A stretch of DNA of 64,000 bases from Candidatus Latescibacterota bacterium (GTDB lineage: Bacteria; Latescibacterota; UBA2968; UBA8231): the NCBI GenBank assembly GCA_965203175.1, contig OZ241867.1, positions 1,120,001 through 1,184,000 on the forward strand, given 5' to 3'. Below the pieces are notes generated by a model. The model was not told the DNA's origin. It ran no database searches and saw only the letters and a program-made list of their open reading frames with translations. The position numbers and the translations under genes are program-made. Shown here one piece after another: positions 37,586-46,990 of this stretch (positions are counted from its first letter, which is position 1; every line of letters starts with the position of its first letter).

Positions 37586-39330
37586 CCCGCGTGTGGGAAA
37601 GGATCAAGCTGATCATAGTGCTCCACATCATCGCCAATCCGCTCGGCGCAACGGGTCCGACGCCGGTCCACTTCGTGGACGTGGCCGAGGAGACGGGCTT
37701 GGTTTTCCACCACGAAACCGGAGCATGGGGAGGCCACTACCTGCCCGAGACGATGGGAGGGGGTGTCTGCGTTCTCGACTTCGACGGAGATGGTCGGCTC
37801 GATGTGTACGCCGTCAACGGCGCGCCCGTAGTCCCTCCGCCCGAAGCCCCCAGCAGGAAGCCCGTCAACGCCCTTTTCCGCCAGACCGCCGCAGGTCGTT
37901 TTGTTGAAATGGGTGCTGCTGTGGGGGTGGACCACAGAGGGATTGGCATGGGCTGTGCGGTCGGCGATTGCGACAACGACGGCGACCCGGATCTCCTCGT
38001 CACCAACTACGGATTCGATGCATTCTACCGCAACAATGGGAACGGCCAGTTCGACGAAGTCTCTATCTCCACCGGACTCGCCGACAGCCTGTGGAGCACG
38101 GGCGCAGCTTTCGGAGACGCCGATCTGGACGGCGACTTAGACCTGTATGTGGTCCACTACGTCGAATTTGATCCCGAGCGTCAGACCGGGGAGATGGCTC
38201 CCTACCTCGCCGATCTGTCGCTGGCGCGGGTAGAGGGCGAAGAGTTGCCAGCAGCCTATCCGCGGCCGTCCAGCTTTCCCGCGAGTCCAGATCGCATGCT
38301 GCGCAACGAAAATGGGCGGTTTGTCGACATCAGCTACCAAGCGAATCCAGACGTTATTGCCGGAAGGGGACTAGGGGTCGTCTTCGGCGACTACAACCTC
38401 GACGGTTGGCCCGATCTCTACGTCGCCAACGACGGAAATCCCAACTTCCTCTACCACAACCGGGGTGATGGGACCTTTGAGGAAGTGGGAGCGGCCTCGG
38501 GGACGGCGTACGGACTGTCGGGGCAGGCCGAGGCCGGCATGGGAGTCGACTTCGGCGACTACGACAACAACGGCTTTCCAGATCTGACGGTCACCAACTT
38601 CCAAGGAGAGCCAAACGATCTCTACCAAAACACGGGAATGGGTTTCTTTGCCAACGCCACGTACAGTTCGGGGACCGGCTGGGTAACGCTCCCTTTCCTA
38701 GGGTTTGGAACTGCGTTTTTGGATTTCGATAGCGATGGATGGCTCGACCTATTCGTCGCCAATGGGCACGTCTTGGATAACGTCGAGCGCTTCGACCCAT
38801 CCACCTCCTATCCGCAGCGCAATCTGCTGTTCCACAACAACGGCGCAGCCCAGAGTGGAGAGAATCGGTTCGTCGAAGTAGGTGCCGCATCCGGACCGGG
38901 GATGGCCCAGGTTCGAGTGAGCCGGGGGAGTGCAGTAGCAGACTGGAATGCAGACGGCGCGGTCGATCTGCTGGTGGCCAATATCGGCGAACGGCTTTCC
39001 CTTTTGCGCAACGAGAGAGGCAATGGACATCACTGGCTCGGGGTGAGACTCCAGGGACAATCGAGCAACCGGGATGGAATTGGTGCACAAGTCTGTGTTC
39101 GAACTGGTGAACTGAGACAGTGCCGGGAGGTACGGGGGGCCGGGAGCTACCTAAGTCACAGCGAATTGCGGCTCCACTTTGGTCTAGGATCGCACGCCGC
39201 AGTGGATTCTGTCGCGGTGCGTTGGCCCTCCGGGGGCGTGCAGCATCTGGTGAACGTCGAAGCGGATCAAACGCTGTTTGTGCTAGAGCCCATTACCGGT
39301 GGGGAACGCCGAGGGCATGGACCGCGATAG
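37582..39330 (+). CDS. CRTAC1-like FG-GAP repeat protein with ASPIC/UnbV domain
   Basis: ETMGGG, DFDGDG repeats, NRDGIGA.V, SYLS.S…LHFGLG, VRWPSG. Confidence 0.93.
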   Translation: MTRVWERIKLIIVLHIIANPLGATGPTPVHFVDVAEETGLVFHHETGAWGGHYLPETMGGGVCVLDFDGDGRLDVYAVNGAPVVPPPEAPSRKPVNALFRQTAAGRFVEMGAAVGVDHRGIGMGCAVGDCDNDGDPDLLVTNYGFDAFYRNNGNGQFDEVSISTGLADSLWSTGAAFGDADLDGDLDLYVVHYVEFDPERQTGEMAPYLADLSLARVEGEELPAAYPRPSSFPASPDRMLRNENGRFVDISYQANPDVIAGRGLGVVFGDYNLDGWPDLYVANDGNPNFLYHNRGDGTFEEVGAASGTAYGLSGQAEAGMGVDFGDYDNNGFPDLTVTNFQGEPNDLYQNTGMGFFANATYSSGTGWVTLPFLGFGTAFLDFDSDGWLDLFVANGHVLDNVERFDPSTSYPQRNLLFHNNGAAQSGENRFVEVGAASGPGMAQVRVSRGSAVADWNADGAVDLLVANIGERLSLLRNERGNGHHWLGVRLQGQSSNRDGIGAQVCVRTGELRQCREVRGAGSYLSHSELRLHFGLGSHAAVDSVAVRWPSGGVQHLVNVEADQTLFVLEPITGGERRGHGPR

Positions 39331-39371
39331 ATTTGCCTGTCGAATACAGAGCCTCGGAGAACTTAAATTAG

Positions 39372-39428
39372 TTGACGGACTTAGCTTTCAATGATTATCT
39401 TGACCAATACTTGTATATTTTTATAAGT
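39372..39428 (+). promoter_or_regulatory. AT-rich internal promoter region with TTGAC boxes
   Basis: TTGACG and TTGACC motifs in a very AT-rich gap before the PPIase gene. Confidence 0.4.
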
Positions 39429-39447
39429 CTTTTATAAACATAAATTT

Positions 39448-41088
39448 ATGTTGTTAATATTCCTAATATCAATCGCGGTGGTCGCCTGTGGGCAAGGAGA
39501 TCCGGTCGTTGCCCGAGTCGGCGACGCCGAAATCTCGCTGTCGCAGGTGGAGCAGTTTGTGGAACGATTGCCCCAAGGCCTGCGCAGCCAAGACACCGGT
39601 CGCGTCGCGACCGTGGATCACGTCTGGTCGCTCATCGACCACCACCTCATTCTCGCAGAAACCCGTCGCCGAGGGCTCGCTGACGACGCCGAGATTCAGC
39701 GCAAACTAGTCCACCAACAACGCCGTTGGCTGGCTCAGCTGTACAGAGAGCGGAGTGGAATCGCGGAAATCGCAGTTTCCGCAGACGATGTAGAGCGGAC
39801 CTTCCTCCGCTTGGGGTTCGATAAGGAGCGCCTCCTCACTCGGCTCATCGTCGCCGACGAAAACCTGCTAGCAGAAGCTCTCGGGCGAATTCGTTCCGGA
39901 GCGCAGTTAGCTGAGGTCGCGCATGCGTACGGGGCAGAAGACTCAGTCTCTCTAGGGGATGGGACCGTCGGCTGGGTCGGCCGCGAGGCCCTGGCCCGCT
40001 ATCGCATACCAGAGGAAGTGTTCTTCTCCATCCAAGATGGGCGGCTTGCCCCTGTCGCCGACTTGGGCGGAGCGTGGCAGATCTACCAGTTCGAGAATAC
40101 GCGCTCGCGGCCCTTGGCGGATGTGTGGGATCTGGTACACGAACGAACTCTCAGGGAGCACCGGAGCCGGCGAAGCTACCAAGAATACGAGAAACTGGCC
40201 CGCCAACTAGAACTTCGCGTGAGGCTGGAGGGGCTAGAAGCCGCCCTCGCATTCGGCGGCGCTGGCGTCACTCCTCAGAGCCTCGCGGAGCCATTGGGCA
40301 CCCGGGTGCTGTGCGACTTCGGCGGAGACTCGCTGACCGTGCGCGACTTTCTGACCTCGTTGTTGCACATTGGCTTCCGCGGTGCCCTGAGGGACAGCGG
40401 CCACGTGATGCAGTTGGCAAGCTCCGAGGTACTGCCGGTCTATCTGTTCGCGGCGTCGGCCCGCAGTCAGGGGTGGGATAAAGAACCCGAATTCCAAGAA
40501 TTCGCCGAAAAGGAGCAACAACAGTTGATGCTGGAGGCCCTTGAGGAGCAGGCAGCAGCAGAGAGCGGTCCCATGGAGGAAGAAGACATCCGCGCGTATT
40601 ACGACCGCAATAAGGGGCAGTTCCGGGTGCCGGAGTCCGTCGTCATTAGGCGTCTCTATGTGGACACCTATGAACAGGCGCGGGACCTGCGAGAGGAGAT
40701 CGACGCAGGAGAAGAACTCATCCGACTTCTCGAGCGCCCGTTGGTCGCCCGCCACGTCCACCCTCGGTTGCAGGGGGTACGGCGATTTTTCCGCATTCAC
40801 GAGACGCACTTTCCGGAGTTGGTCGCGGGGGCGTTCGACGCCGCGACAGGCGATGTCGTCGGCCCAGTGCCAGTCGGGGACGGCTTCGCGGTCTTTGAGG
40901 TGTTAGAGCACATAGAGCCGGAAGTGCAGCCGTATGACGAGGCCCGCCCAAAAGTGCGTCGGTTGCTGCTCAAAGCGAGAAAGGACGAAGCCATGGCGGC
41001 CCTTATTCGCAAACTCAGGGAGCAACACCAAAATCAAATAACGCTCTACGACCTTCCAGTTGGTAAAGCGGGTGCGGAGGAATTGTAG
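39448..41088 (+). CDS. PpiC/SurA-type peptidyl-prolyl isomerase lipoprotein
   Basis: Lipobox VVAC, VVARVG..EI, two parvulin-like units, YY..N..F..PE.V, VGPV. Confidence 0.75.
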   Translation: MLLIFLISIAVVACGQGDPVVARVGDAEISLSQVEQFVERLPQGLRSQDTGRVATVDHVWSLIDHHLILAETRRRGLADDAEIQRKLVHQQRRWLAQLYRERSGIAEIAVSADDVERTFLRLGFDKERLLTRLIVADENLLAEALGRIRSGAQLAEVAHAYGAEDSVSLGDGTVGWVGREALARYRIPEEVFFSIQDGRLAPVADLGGAWQIYQFENTRSRPLADVWDLVHERTLREHRSRRSYQEYEKLARQLELRVRLEGLEAALAFGGAGVTPQSLAEPLGTRVLCDFGGDSLTVRDFLTSLLHIGFRGALRDSGHVMQLASSEVLPVYLFAASARSQGWDKEPEFQEFAEKEQQQLMLEALEEQAAAESGPMEEEDIRAYYDRNKGQFRVPESVVIRRLYVDTYEQARDLREEIDAGEELIRLLERPLVARHVHPRLQGVRRFFRIHETHFPELVAGAFDAATGDVVGPVPVGDGFAVFEVLEHIEPEVQPYDEARPKVRRLLLKARKDEAMAALIRKLREQHQNQITLYDLPVGKAGAEEL

Positions 41089-41091
41089 CGG

Positions 41092-44000
41092 ATGAAGACT
41101 TCCCGTAGAGTTTTGCTCTGGTCCGTCGCGGCAGGTCCGATCTTGTGGTTTTGGGCAGGACTGACTCTAAAACCGGTGCAAGCCCAAACGGCAGAAGGAT
41201 TCGATCAGCGGGGCAACGAACTCGTCGTGGACCGCCTAGCGCACTGGCAGACGTGGAAAATGCCCAACCACTTGGTGTGGCTGGACGGCAGTGGGACGGT
41301 ACAGGTCCGGGACTTTCGCACCGTCTACAATGTCCTAGACGATCAATCCTTCAGACGCCAAGTGGACATTAGCTCGGACAAAGCTCGAGTGATGAATCTG
41401 GACAGCACTCGATCCGTCGATGTGAAGGGCTTCTTCAAGGAGGACACCGCTGGCAATCCTGTTTTCGATTACTTCCTCCGTCCCGGCCCCAGCAGGGCCG
41501 GTTCGAACTTGGAACTAGCGCCCAATCTCGTCGATGGAGATCCAACGACGTTCTGGGAGCCAGATCTCAACGATTCCGTGGAAGACTGGTGGGTGGAAAT
41601 TTCGCTGGGGCGGACGATTCCAGTGGAGCGGATCCGTTTGCAGTACGTCGACGGGGAATTGGGCGACCCTTTCCGCCGTCTTCTCTTGTTCCTCGAAGAC
41701 GCCCAGTTCCCACTGGTGGATGAAGATGCGAATTTCCAGTTTGAGGTACTAGAGCCGCTTCCAGGTATCAACGAAGATCGACGGGAGATCGTCATCGACG
41801 CCGAGCAAACAAGCGGCCTGTTGTCCGCCGCTGGGAGTGGCTTGGTGGAGAAACGACTGGAGCAACCCAAGGCGAGTTTGAGTTGGAACGGGAAGCTCAT
41901 CGAGACGATTCGCTTTCAAGTGACTGACACTAAGGGAGACAGAGCCGAAGAGATCGCAGAGAGCGAGTATCTGGAGTTACCAGTCGAGGCGCGCGGCGAG
42001 ATCGAATACTTCTCAAAGACCGAGACAGGGCGGGGAGAGCCCGTGGATTCGACGACCTATTTCGAACTACCAGCGGACCGCCGCGGCGAGAGGCGTTTCT
42101 TCCGCCGCGAACTGCCTCGCCTGGCGGAAGTAGATGTGTGGGGCTGGGGCGACAATGTGGCCTTCAACATGATCGAGGGCGGAGGAAGGATCATCCAACA
42201 GCTCCCCAGCGGGGGAGGGGAGCAGGCCTTCGACGGAGTCTTGGCCAGTTTCTACCAGAACAACTATTGGCTGGAAGAGACCCCGACTGAGAATATGATG
42301 ATCGCCGACCTCGGCGGGACCGTGTGGGCCAAAGAGTTCCGGGTGCTGTCTCAGGGCTACTTCCAGTCGCCTTCGATACGGGGTTATCTACTCCGGGGCA
42401 GCGCGGGAGAACGCGATTCAGAGGGCCGACTGAAATTCACGCGAATCAGCTCCCAAGAACGCGAGATCAATTCCAGCGTGGGATTCTTCCTCGAATTGGC
42501 CGACGTACTGGAACCAGCCCAGCAGGTGCGGTTCTTCGAGTTTCGCGCCCTAGAAAACGATCCGGGCGGCACGGTCACGATCAGCCGGACTCCAGGGGTC
42601 GGCGAGTTCATGGTCTTTTCGGAAGGGCCTCCCGCAGAAGTGATCCTCACCTCCGGCCCGATGGCAGTGCCCGAGCAGTCCAATCTCGTCTCGATAAACT
42701 GGGAGGCAGAAACGCCTCCGGGGACGAGTGTCGAGCTGAGAACCCGGACGGGCAGCGAGGTCGAGCGCCAGATCAAGTACTACAACTCGGGCGGCGGCGA
42801 AGTCACGGCGAAAAAGCACAAAACGCTCGCCTTCTTTCTCAGAGGACCGATCGACACCGTCTTTGTTCCCACTGCTGACTGGAGCGAATGGAGCGAAGCC
42901 TATGTCCGGCCGGGGTCCGAAATCACTTCCCCGAGCCTGCGCCGCTTCGTCCAGATTGAGGCGCGCCTAAAGGCCGAGGCGGGAGCCGACCCGCCAGCCA
43001 TCAAGTCGGTGAGCATGGAGTACACCGATCCTTCGGTCGTTGGACTGGCCGGGGAAATCTGGCCTCAGGAGGTCATCCCAGGCAGGCGCGACACCTTTGC
43101 GGTGTTCGTCAGTGCCGCCGTCGTAGAGCGCCCCGACCCAAGCCCCGGGTTCGACGAACTGAGGCTGCGTTCGGAGCCGGCCCTAGATATGGAGTTAATT
43201 GACGTAGCCCTCGGCGCGGAAGGAGAATTCGCCGCGGGAGAGCCCCACCGGTTGTACGCCAGTCGCGTGGAGGAGGGACTAGCCGCAGCCGAAGGGGACC
43301 TACTGCGCGTTCTGAGCGGTCGGGGAGATTCCTTGCAAGTTCGGTTTCCCGAGGTCTTGGACCGGGTAGCAGGCAACGGAACCAACATATTCTACCGCCG
43401 CGTCGAGGAGGGCGAAGAGGTGCCGACGAGCGAGGGAGGGACTCTGCTGGACCAAGTAGCATACAGCAGGCTTCCAGAACAGCAACGGGGGGCGATCCGC
43501 TACTTCCAGAAGCTCGAGGGAGATGACGGAGATAGTCTGAAGGAGGTGGATGAACAAACCTTCGCCGATCTCGCGCCGGAGGCGAGAGGGCCGGTGCGAT
43601 TCTTCCGCAAGGCGACATCGTTGACGAGGGAGACCGCTTTCGACGAACGCGGCAACCGCCTCACGGCAGAGGCGTACGACAGTCTACCGAGAAATCGTCA
43701 GGGCACGGTGGTTGGCCATACGCGTCTAGTGCGCCTGCGGTTCGCGGCCGAGGTCTTCCTCCACGGAACCCGCTTGCAGCTAGCGGGGCGGAACGCCACT
43801 ATCGGGCTGCCGTTCCAGTTGGGCGGAGGAGGAGAGGTAACGTCCCTGACGCCGGGGAGCGGGCTGGTGCTGAGCGCACTTGGAGCCGGCGATCTAGTGC
43901 GGGATATGGAAATCCAGCCCAACCCGTTTACCCCGAACGGCGATGGAATTAACGATGTGGCAACCATCGGCTTTTCGCTGTTCCGCGTGTTCGAACCTCG

Positions 44001-44217
44001 CCCGGTGACCGTGCGGATAGCGACGCTGGCCGGCCGGGAAGTGAAGCGCATTGAGCAGAATATGCTCGGTGGACGCCGATTGGTGCAATGGGACGGGCGA
44101 GACGACGGAGGGACTCTCGTGCCACCGGGTCTGTACATTGTCCAGGTGCATGGACGAGCCGATCAGCAAGGACTTGCCAGCACCCGGCGCAGCCGAGTCG
44201 TCGGCGTCGTCTATTGA
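41092..44217 (+). CDS. Large exported protein, discoidin-like modules plus C-terminal FlgD-Ig/T9SS type-B-like domain
   Basis: Signal peptide; DGDPTTFW; PNPFTPNGDGIND; WDGRD..G.LVPPGLY; ends VVY. Confidence 0.8.
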   Translation: MKTSRRVLLWSVAAGPILWFWAGLTLKPVQAQTAEGFDQRGNELVVDRLAHWQTWKMPNHLVWLDGSGTVQVRDFRTVYNVLDDQSFRRQVDISSDKARVMNLDSTRSVDVKGFFKEDTAGNPVFDYFLRPGPSRAGSNLELAPNLVDGDPTTFWEPDLNDSVEDWWVEISLGRTIPVERIRLQYVDGELGDPFRRLLLFLEDAQFPLVDEDANFQFEVLEPLPGINEDRREIVIDAEQTSGLLSAAGSGLVEKRLEQPKASLSWNGKLIETIRFQVTDTKGDRAEEIAESEYLELPVEARGEIEYFSKTETGRGEPVDSTTYFELPADRRGERRFFRRELPRLAEVDVWGWGDNVAFNMIEGGGRIIQQLPSGGGEQAFDGVLASFYQNNYWLEETPTENMMIADLGGTVWAKEFRVLSQGYFQSPSIRGYLLRGSAGERDSEGRLKFTRISSQEREINSSVGFFLELADVLEPAQQVRFFEFRALENDPGGTVTISRTPGVGEFMVFSEGPPAEVILTSGPMAVPEQSNLVSINWEAETPPGTSVELRTRTGSEVERQIKYYNSGGGEVTAKKHKTLAFFLRGPIDTVFVPTADWSEWSEAYVRPGSEITSPSLRRFVQIEARLKAEAGADPPAIKSVSMEYTDPSVVGLAGEIWPQEVIPGRRDTFAVFVSAAVVERPDPSPGFDELRLRSEPALDMELIDVALGAEGEFAAGEPHRLYASRVEEGLAAAEGDLLRVLSGRGDSLQVRFPEVLDRVAGNGTNIFYRRVEEGEEVPTSEGGTLLDQVAYSRLPEQQRGAIRYFQKLEGDDGDSLKEVDEQTFADLAPEARGPVRFFRKATSLTRETAFDERGNRLTAEAYDSLPRNRQGTVVGHTRLVRLRFAAEVFLHGTRLQLAGRNATIGLPFQLGGGGEVTSLTPGSGLVLSALGAGDLVRDMEIQPNPFTPNGDGINDVATIGFSLFRVFEPRPVTVRIATLAGREVKRIEQNMLGGRRLVQWDGRDDGGTLVPPGLYIVQVHGRADQQGLASTRRSRVVGVVY

Positions 44218-44270
44218 ACTCGAGCTTCAATGACAGTCGACGCCAGCGGACAACTCAAGGGAGGGTACTT

Positions 44271-46937
44271 GTGAGAAGCGGATATCTAGCCGCTTGGGCC
44301 GTATTGAGCGCGCTTGTTTTCCAGATTGGCAGCAGCGCCGCCCGGGAGGACTACGGTGCGCGCATCGGGGAGTCGCTCGGAGCGCCTTTACCGGGGCGGA
44401 CCCAGGGCCCGATCGTCTTAGTCAACGCCGTAGATCCGGCCCTCCGGCGCTGGTATGTCAACCAAGAGTTGTTCCACGAGTACCAATGGCAGCAGTGGGA
44501 ATACACCAACTACGCCAGATCCTTGTACAAGCGCTACGTAGATATCCGTCTCGAGGGAGATTCCTTTTACGACATCTATGGGAATTTCGTGACGCGTGGC
44601 TTTCTCATATACAACAATGCCCAAGACCGGCCGGCCCAGTTCGGCAATACGCTATTCAAGTCGAACCGCTTCGACCAGTGGTTCTCAAACGTCGTCATCG
44701 CCCAAGACAAAAAGGGGCAGTACGGTTATTCGCTGACGGTCAGCAGCGAGCTTAATACGACCCTCACACCGCTGACCTTCCGCAAACCGACGTTCGATGG
44801 GGTGCAATTCGACATTGCCACGGATCGAGTCGAGGGCACGGTCTTGTACTCGCGCATTAGCAACCCCGGCGGTGAATCCACAGCCGACCTAGAACTACAG
44901 CGCACGAACAATACCATCTTGGTCGGCGGACGCCTGCAAGGCCAACTGACGGACTCCGCCATACTGGGGTTTACCATGATCAATGCCCACCAGTCGAACA
45001 CCCTGAACGACGAGTTGGCGGGCAATCCGTTCAAGGGCGGACTGACGATCGATCAGAACCAGACGATCGATTTTGTCGAGGTGGTGTTGCGCGACGATTC
45101 CCCAGAGGATGGGGTGGGCGGAGCCGCATTTTTTGAATCTGGATCCGACGTGGTCATCACCTATAAGGACGGAACCGTAGATCGAGGGACGGATATCGGC
45201 TTTGGCCCGGCGATCTCCGGCGGGTTTCAGCGCGCTGGGTTCCTAGCCGCAGATGGGACCGAGGAGATCCGACTGAAATACGATTTCGACAATCCTCGTT
45301 TCACGGCGAACGCGAAAGCCCCAAAGGACTCGGTCATGCAGGTGGAGTTCGAGTTGGTGGTGGGCAATGACTACCAGATTTGGGCTACCTCGAACAGACA
45401 GATCAATCGGCAAGGCCAGACCGTGCTGCTGCTGATGGAGCGGGCGGCGGGAAACGTCCAGGATGTGTCGAATATCCGCACCGTGGGCTTTGCATACGGC
45501 CTGCCGACAGCCACGCATATCATGGGCGCAACCTTCGAGTTGCTCGATGTGCGCGGCTTCAACTTCTACGGCGAGGCCGACCTCAATTGGAACTATCGTA
45601 AATTCCCCAACCGGAACCTAGAGAGGCACAGCACGAGTTCGGGACTTGCAGGGAAGCCGTACCGGCCCGCTTGGTTCATCAATGCTTGGAAGCGGGCCGG
45701 TCCTGTCTCCCTGTTCGCGGAAGCCTTCGGGATGGACCCGCACTACAACACCACGACATTTGTGACCGCCGGCAATGGCCAAATTGACTACGAGAGTCCG
45801 CGCCGTGGGCTAGTGGAATTCGTCGATGACAACGACGATCACGACCGATTCCCCGATAATGTGCGCTTCGACTTCCTGCCCGGCGATGACCGCGTCTTTC
45901 CCGGCTGGGACCAGAACAACGACTTCATCCCCGATTTCAACCAGAACGACAACGCAGTCCGCGCCAATCGCCGGCCCGATTACGACGAACCATTCCTGCG
46001 CTTTGACGTCGATAGGCCGGAATTCCTATTCGGTGTTGACATGAACAACAATTTCTGGGTGGACCAGTTCGAAAACGACACTGAGCCGGACTATCCTTAC
46101 CGCAAGGACCACAGAGGGTTCAACGTATACGCCGCGTATGATTTGACGCCCGGACTGCAGATAGCTGGGGGCGCGATGCGCGAGCACCTGATATCGTCGG
46201 ACCATAAGAATGAGCAATACTACGCGCTCGTGAAAATGGACGGCAGCTCGGCGCGCTGGGGTGATTTTAAACTGTTCGAGATGTCGAAGCGCGTCGAGGA
46301 CGACATCCCGGATCGCCTGCTTCAATGGCTGCCCAGCCAGTCCATCGATGGGGGCACATTGACGCAGGTGGAGGATCCCATGCTTGCGCGCGACACGTGG
46401 GTGAATCACTTCTTCGCCGGGCACAAGGTCCGCATCGGCCGGACGAAAGTCGAGACGCGGGTGAATTACACGCTGTTTCACCAGCTCATGGACGAGCGCA
46501 CGCGCAAAGAATTCGACCTGCGCAAAAGCGACTTCTTCTTTGGAGCGATCAATAAAATCAGGTACCGCCGTCAAATAGGCGCTTTGACCGTCGAGCCACG
46601 CTGGAAAAGCGAGTTTCTCAAACAGACGCGCGGCTTGTTTGGCGAGGAGCAGCGCGAACAGCTAAGAGAGTTGTTCAGCGTCATTGTGGAAATGGGTTTC
46701 CTCACCGATAGTACGCTGCAAGGGGGCATAGAGTACCTCTGGAACGAGGATTTTGCGAAGGATGCCAACGACTTCAGGTCTGTGTCGCTGGGGCTGCAGT
46801 TGACCAACCGCTCCACGTACCTGGGGTATAAAATCGTGGCCTTGGCCGGGACGCGGTTGCGGACTAGGGACTTCGAATTCTCAGACGCCGTCACGACCAA
46901 TACGACTTTCGTAAGCGTGTTCGCAGGTCTTCACTAG
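44271..46937 (+). CDS. ~890-aa exported hypothetical protein, putative outer-membrane protein; paralogue of 53347-56034
   Basis: RBS GGAGGG + GTG; signal peptide; Asp-rich motifs; amphipathic C-terminal strands ending SVFAGLH. Confidence 0.75.
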   Translation: MRSGYLAAWAVLSALVFQIGSSAAREDYGARIGESLGAPLPGRTQGPIVLVNAVDPALRRWYVNQELFHEYQWQQWEYTNYARSLYKRYVDIRLEGDSFYDIYGNFVTRGFLIYNNAQDRPAQFGNTLFKSNRFDQWFSNVVIAQDKKGQYGYSLTVSSELNTTLTPLTFRKPTFDGVQFDIATDRVEGTVLYSRISNPGGESTADLELQRTNNTILVGGRLQGQLTDSAILGFTMINAHQSNTLNDELAGNPFKGGLTIDQNQTIDFVEVVLRDDSPEDGVGGAAFFESGSDVVITYKDGTVDRGTDIGFGPAISGGFQRAGFLAADGTEEIRLKYDFDNPRFTANAKAPKDSVMQVEFELVVGNDYQIWATSNRQINRQGQTVLLLMERAAGNVQDVSNIRTVGFAYGLPTATHIMGATFELLDVRGFNFYGEADLNWNYRKFPNRNLERHSTSSGLAGKPYRPAWFINAWKRAGPVSLFAEAFGMDPHYNTTTFVTAGNGQIDYESPRRGLVEFVDDNDDHDRFPDNVRFDFLPGDDRVFPGWDQNNDFIPDFNQNDNAVRANRRPDYDEPFLRFDVDRPEFLFGVDMNNNFWVDQFENDTEPDYPYRKDHRGFNVYAAYDLTPGLQIAGGAMREHLISSDHKNEQYYALVKMDGSSARWGDFKLFEMSKRVEDDIPDRLLQWLPSQSIDGGTLTQVEDPMLARDTWVNHFFAGHKVRIGRTKVETRVNYTLFHQLMDERTRKEFDLRKSDFFFGAINKIRYRRQIGALTVEPRWKSEFLKQTRGLFGEEQREQLRELFSVIVEMGFLTDSTLQGGIEYLWNEDFAKDANDFRSVSLGLQLTNRSTYLGYKIVALAGTRLRTRDFEFSDAVTTNTTFVSVFAGLH

Positions 46938-46990
46938 ATGGGCATTGGAAAGCAAAAGAATGCGTTTGGATCGCGTAAGAGGGATTGGCG

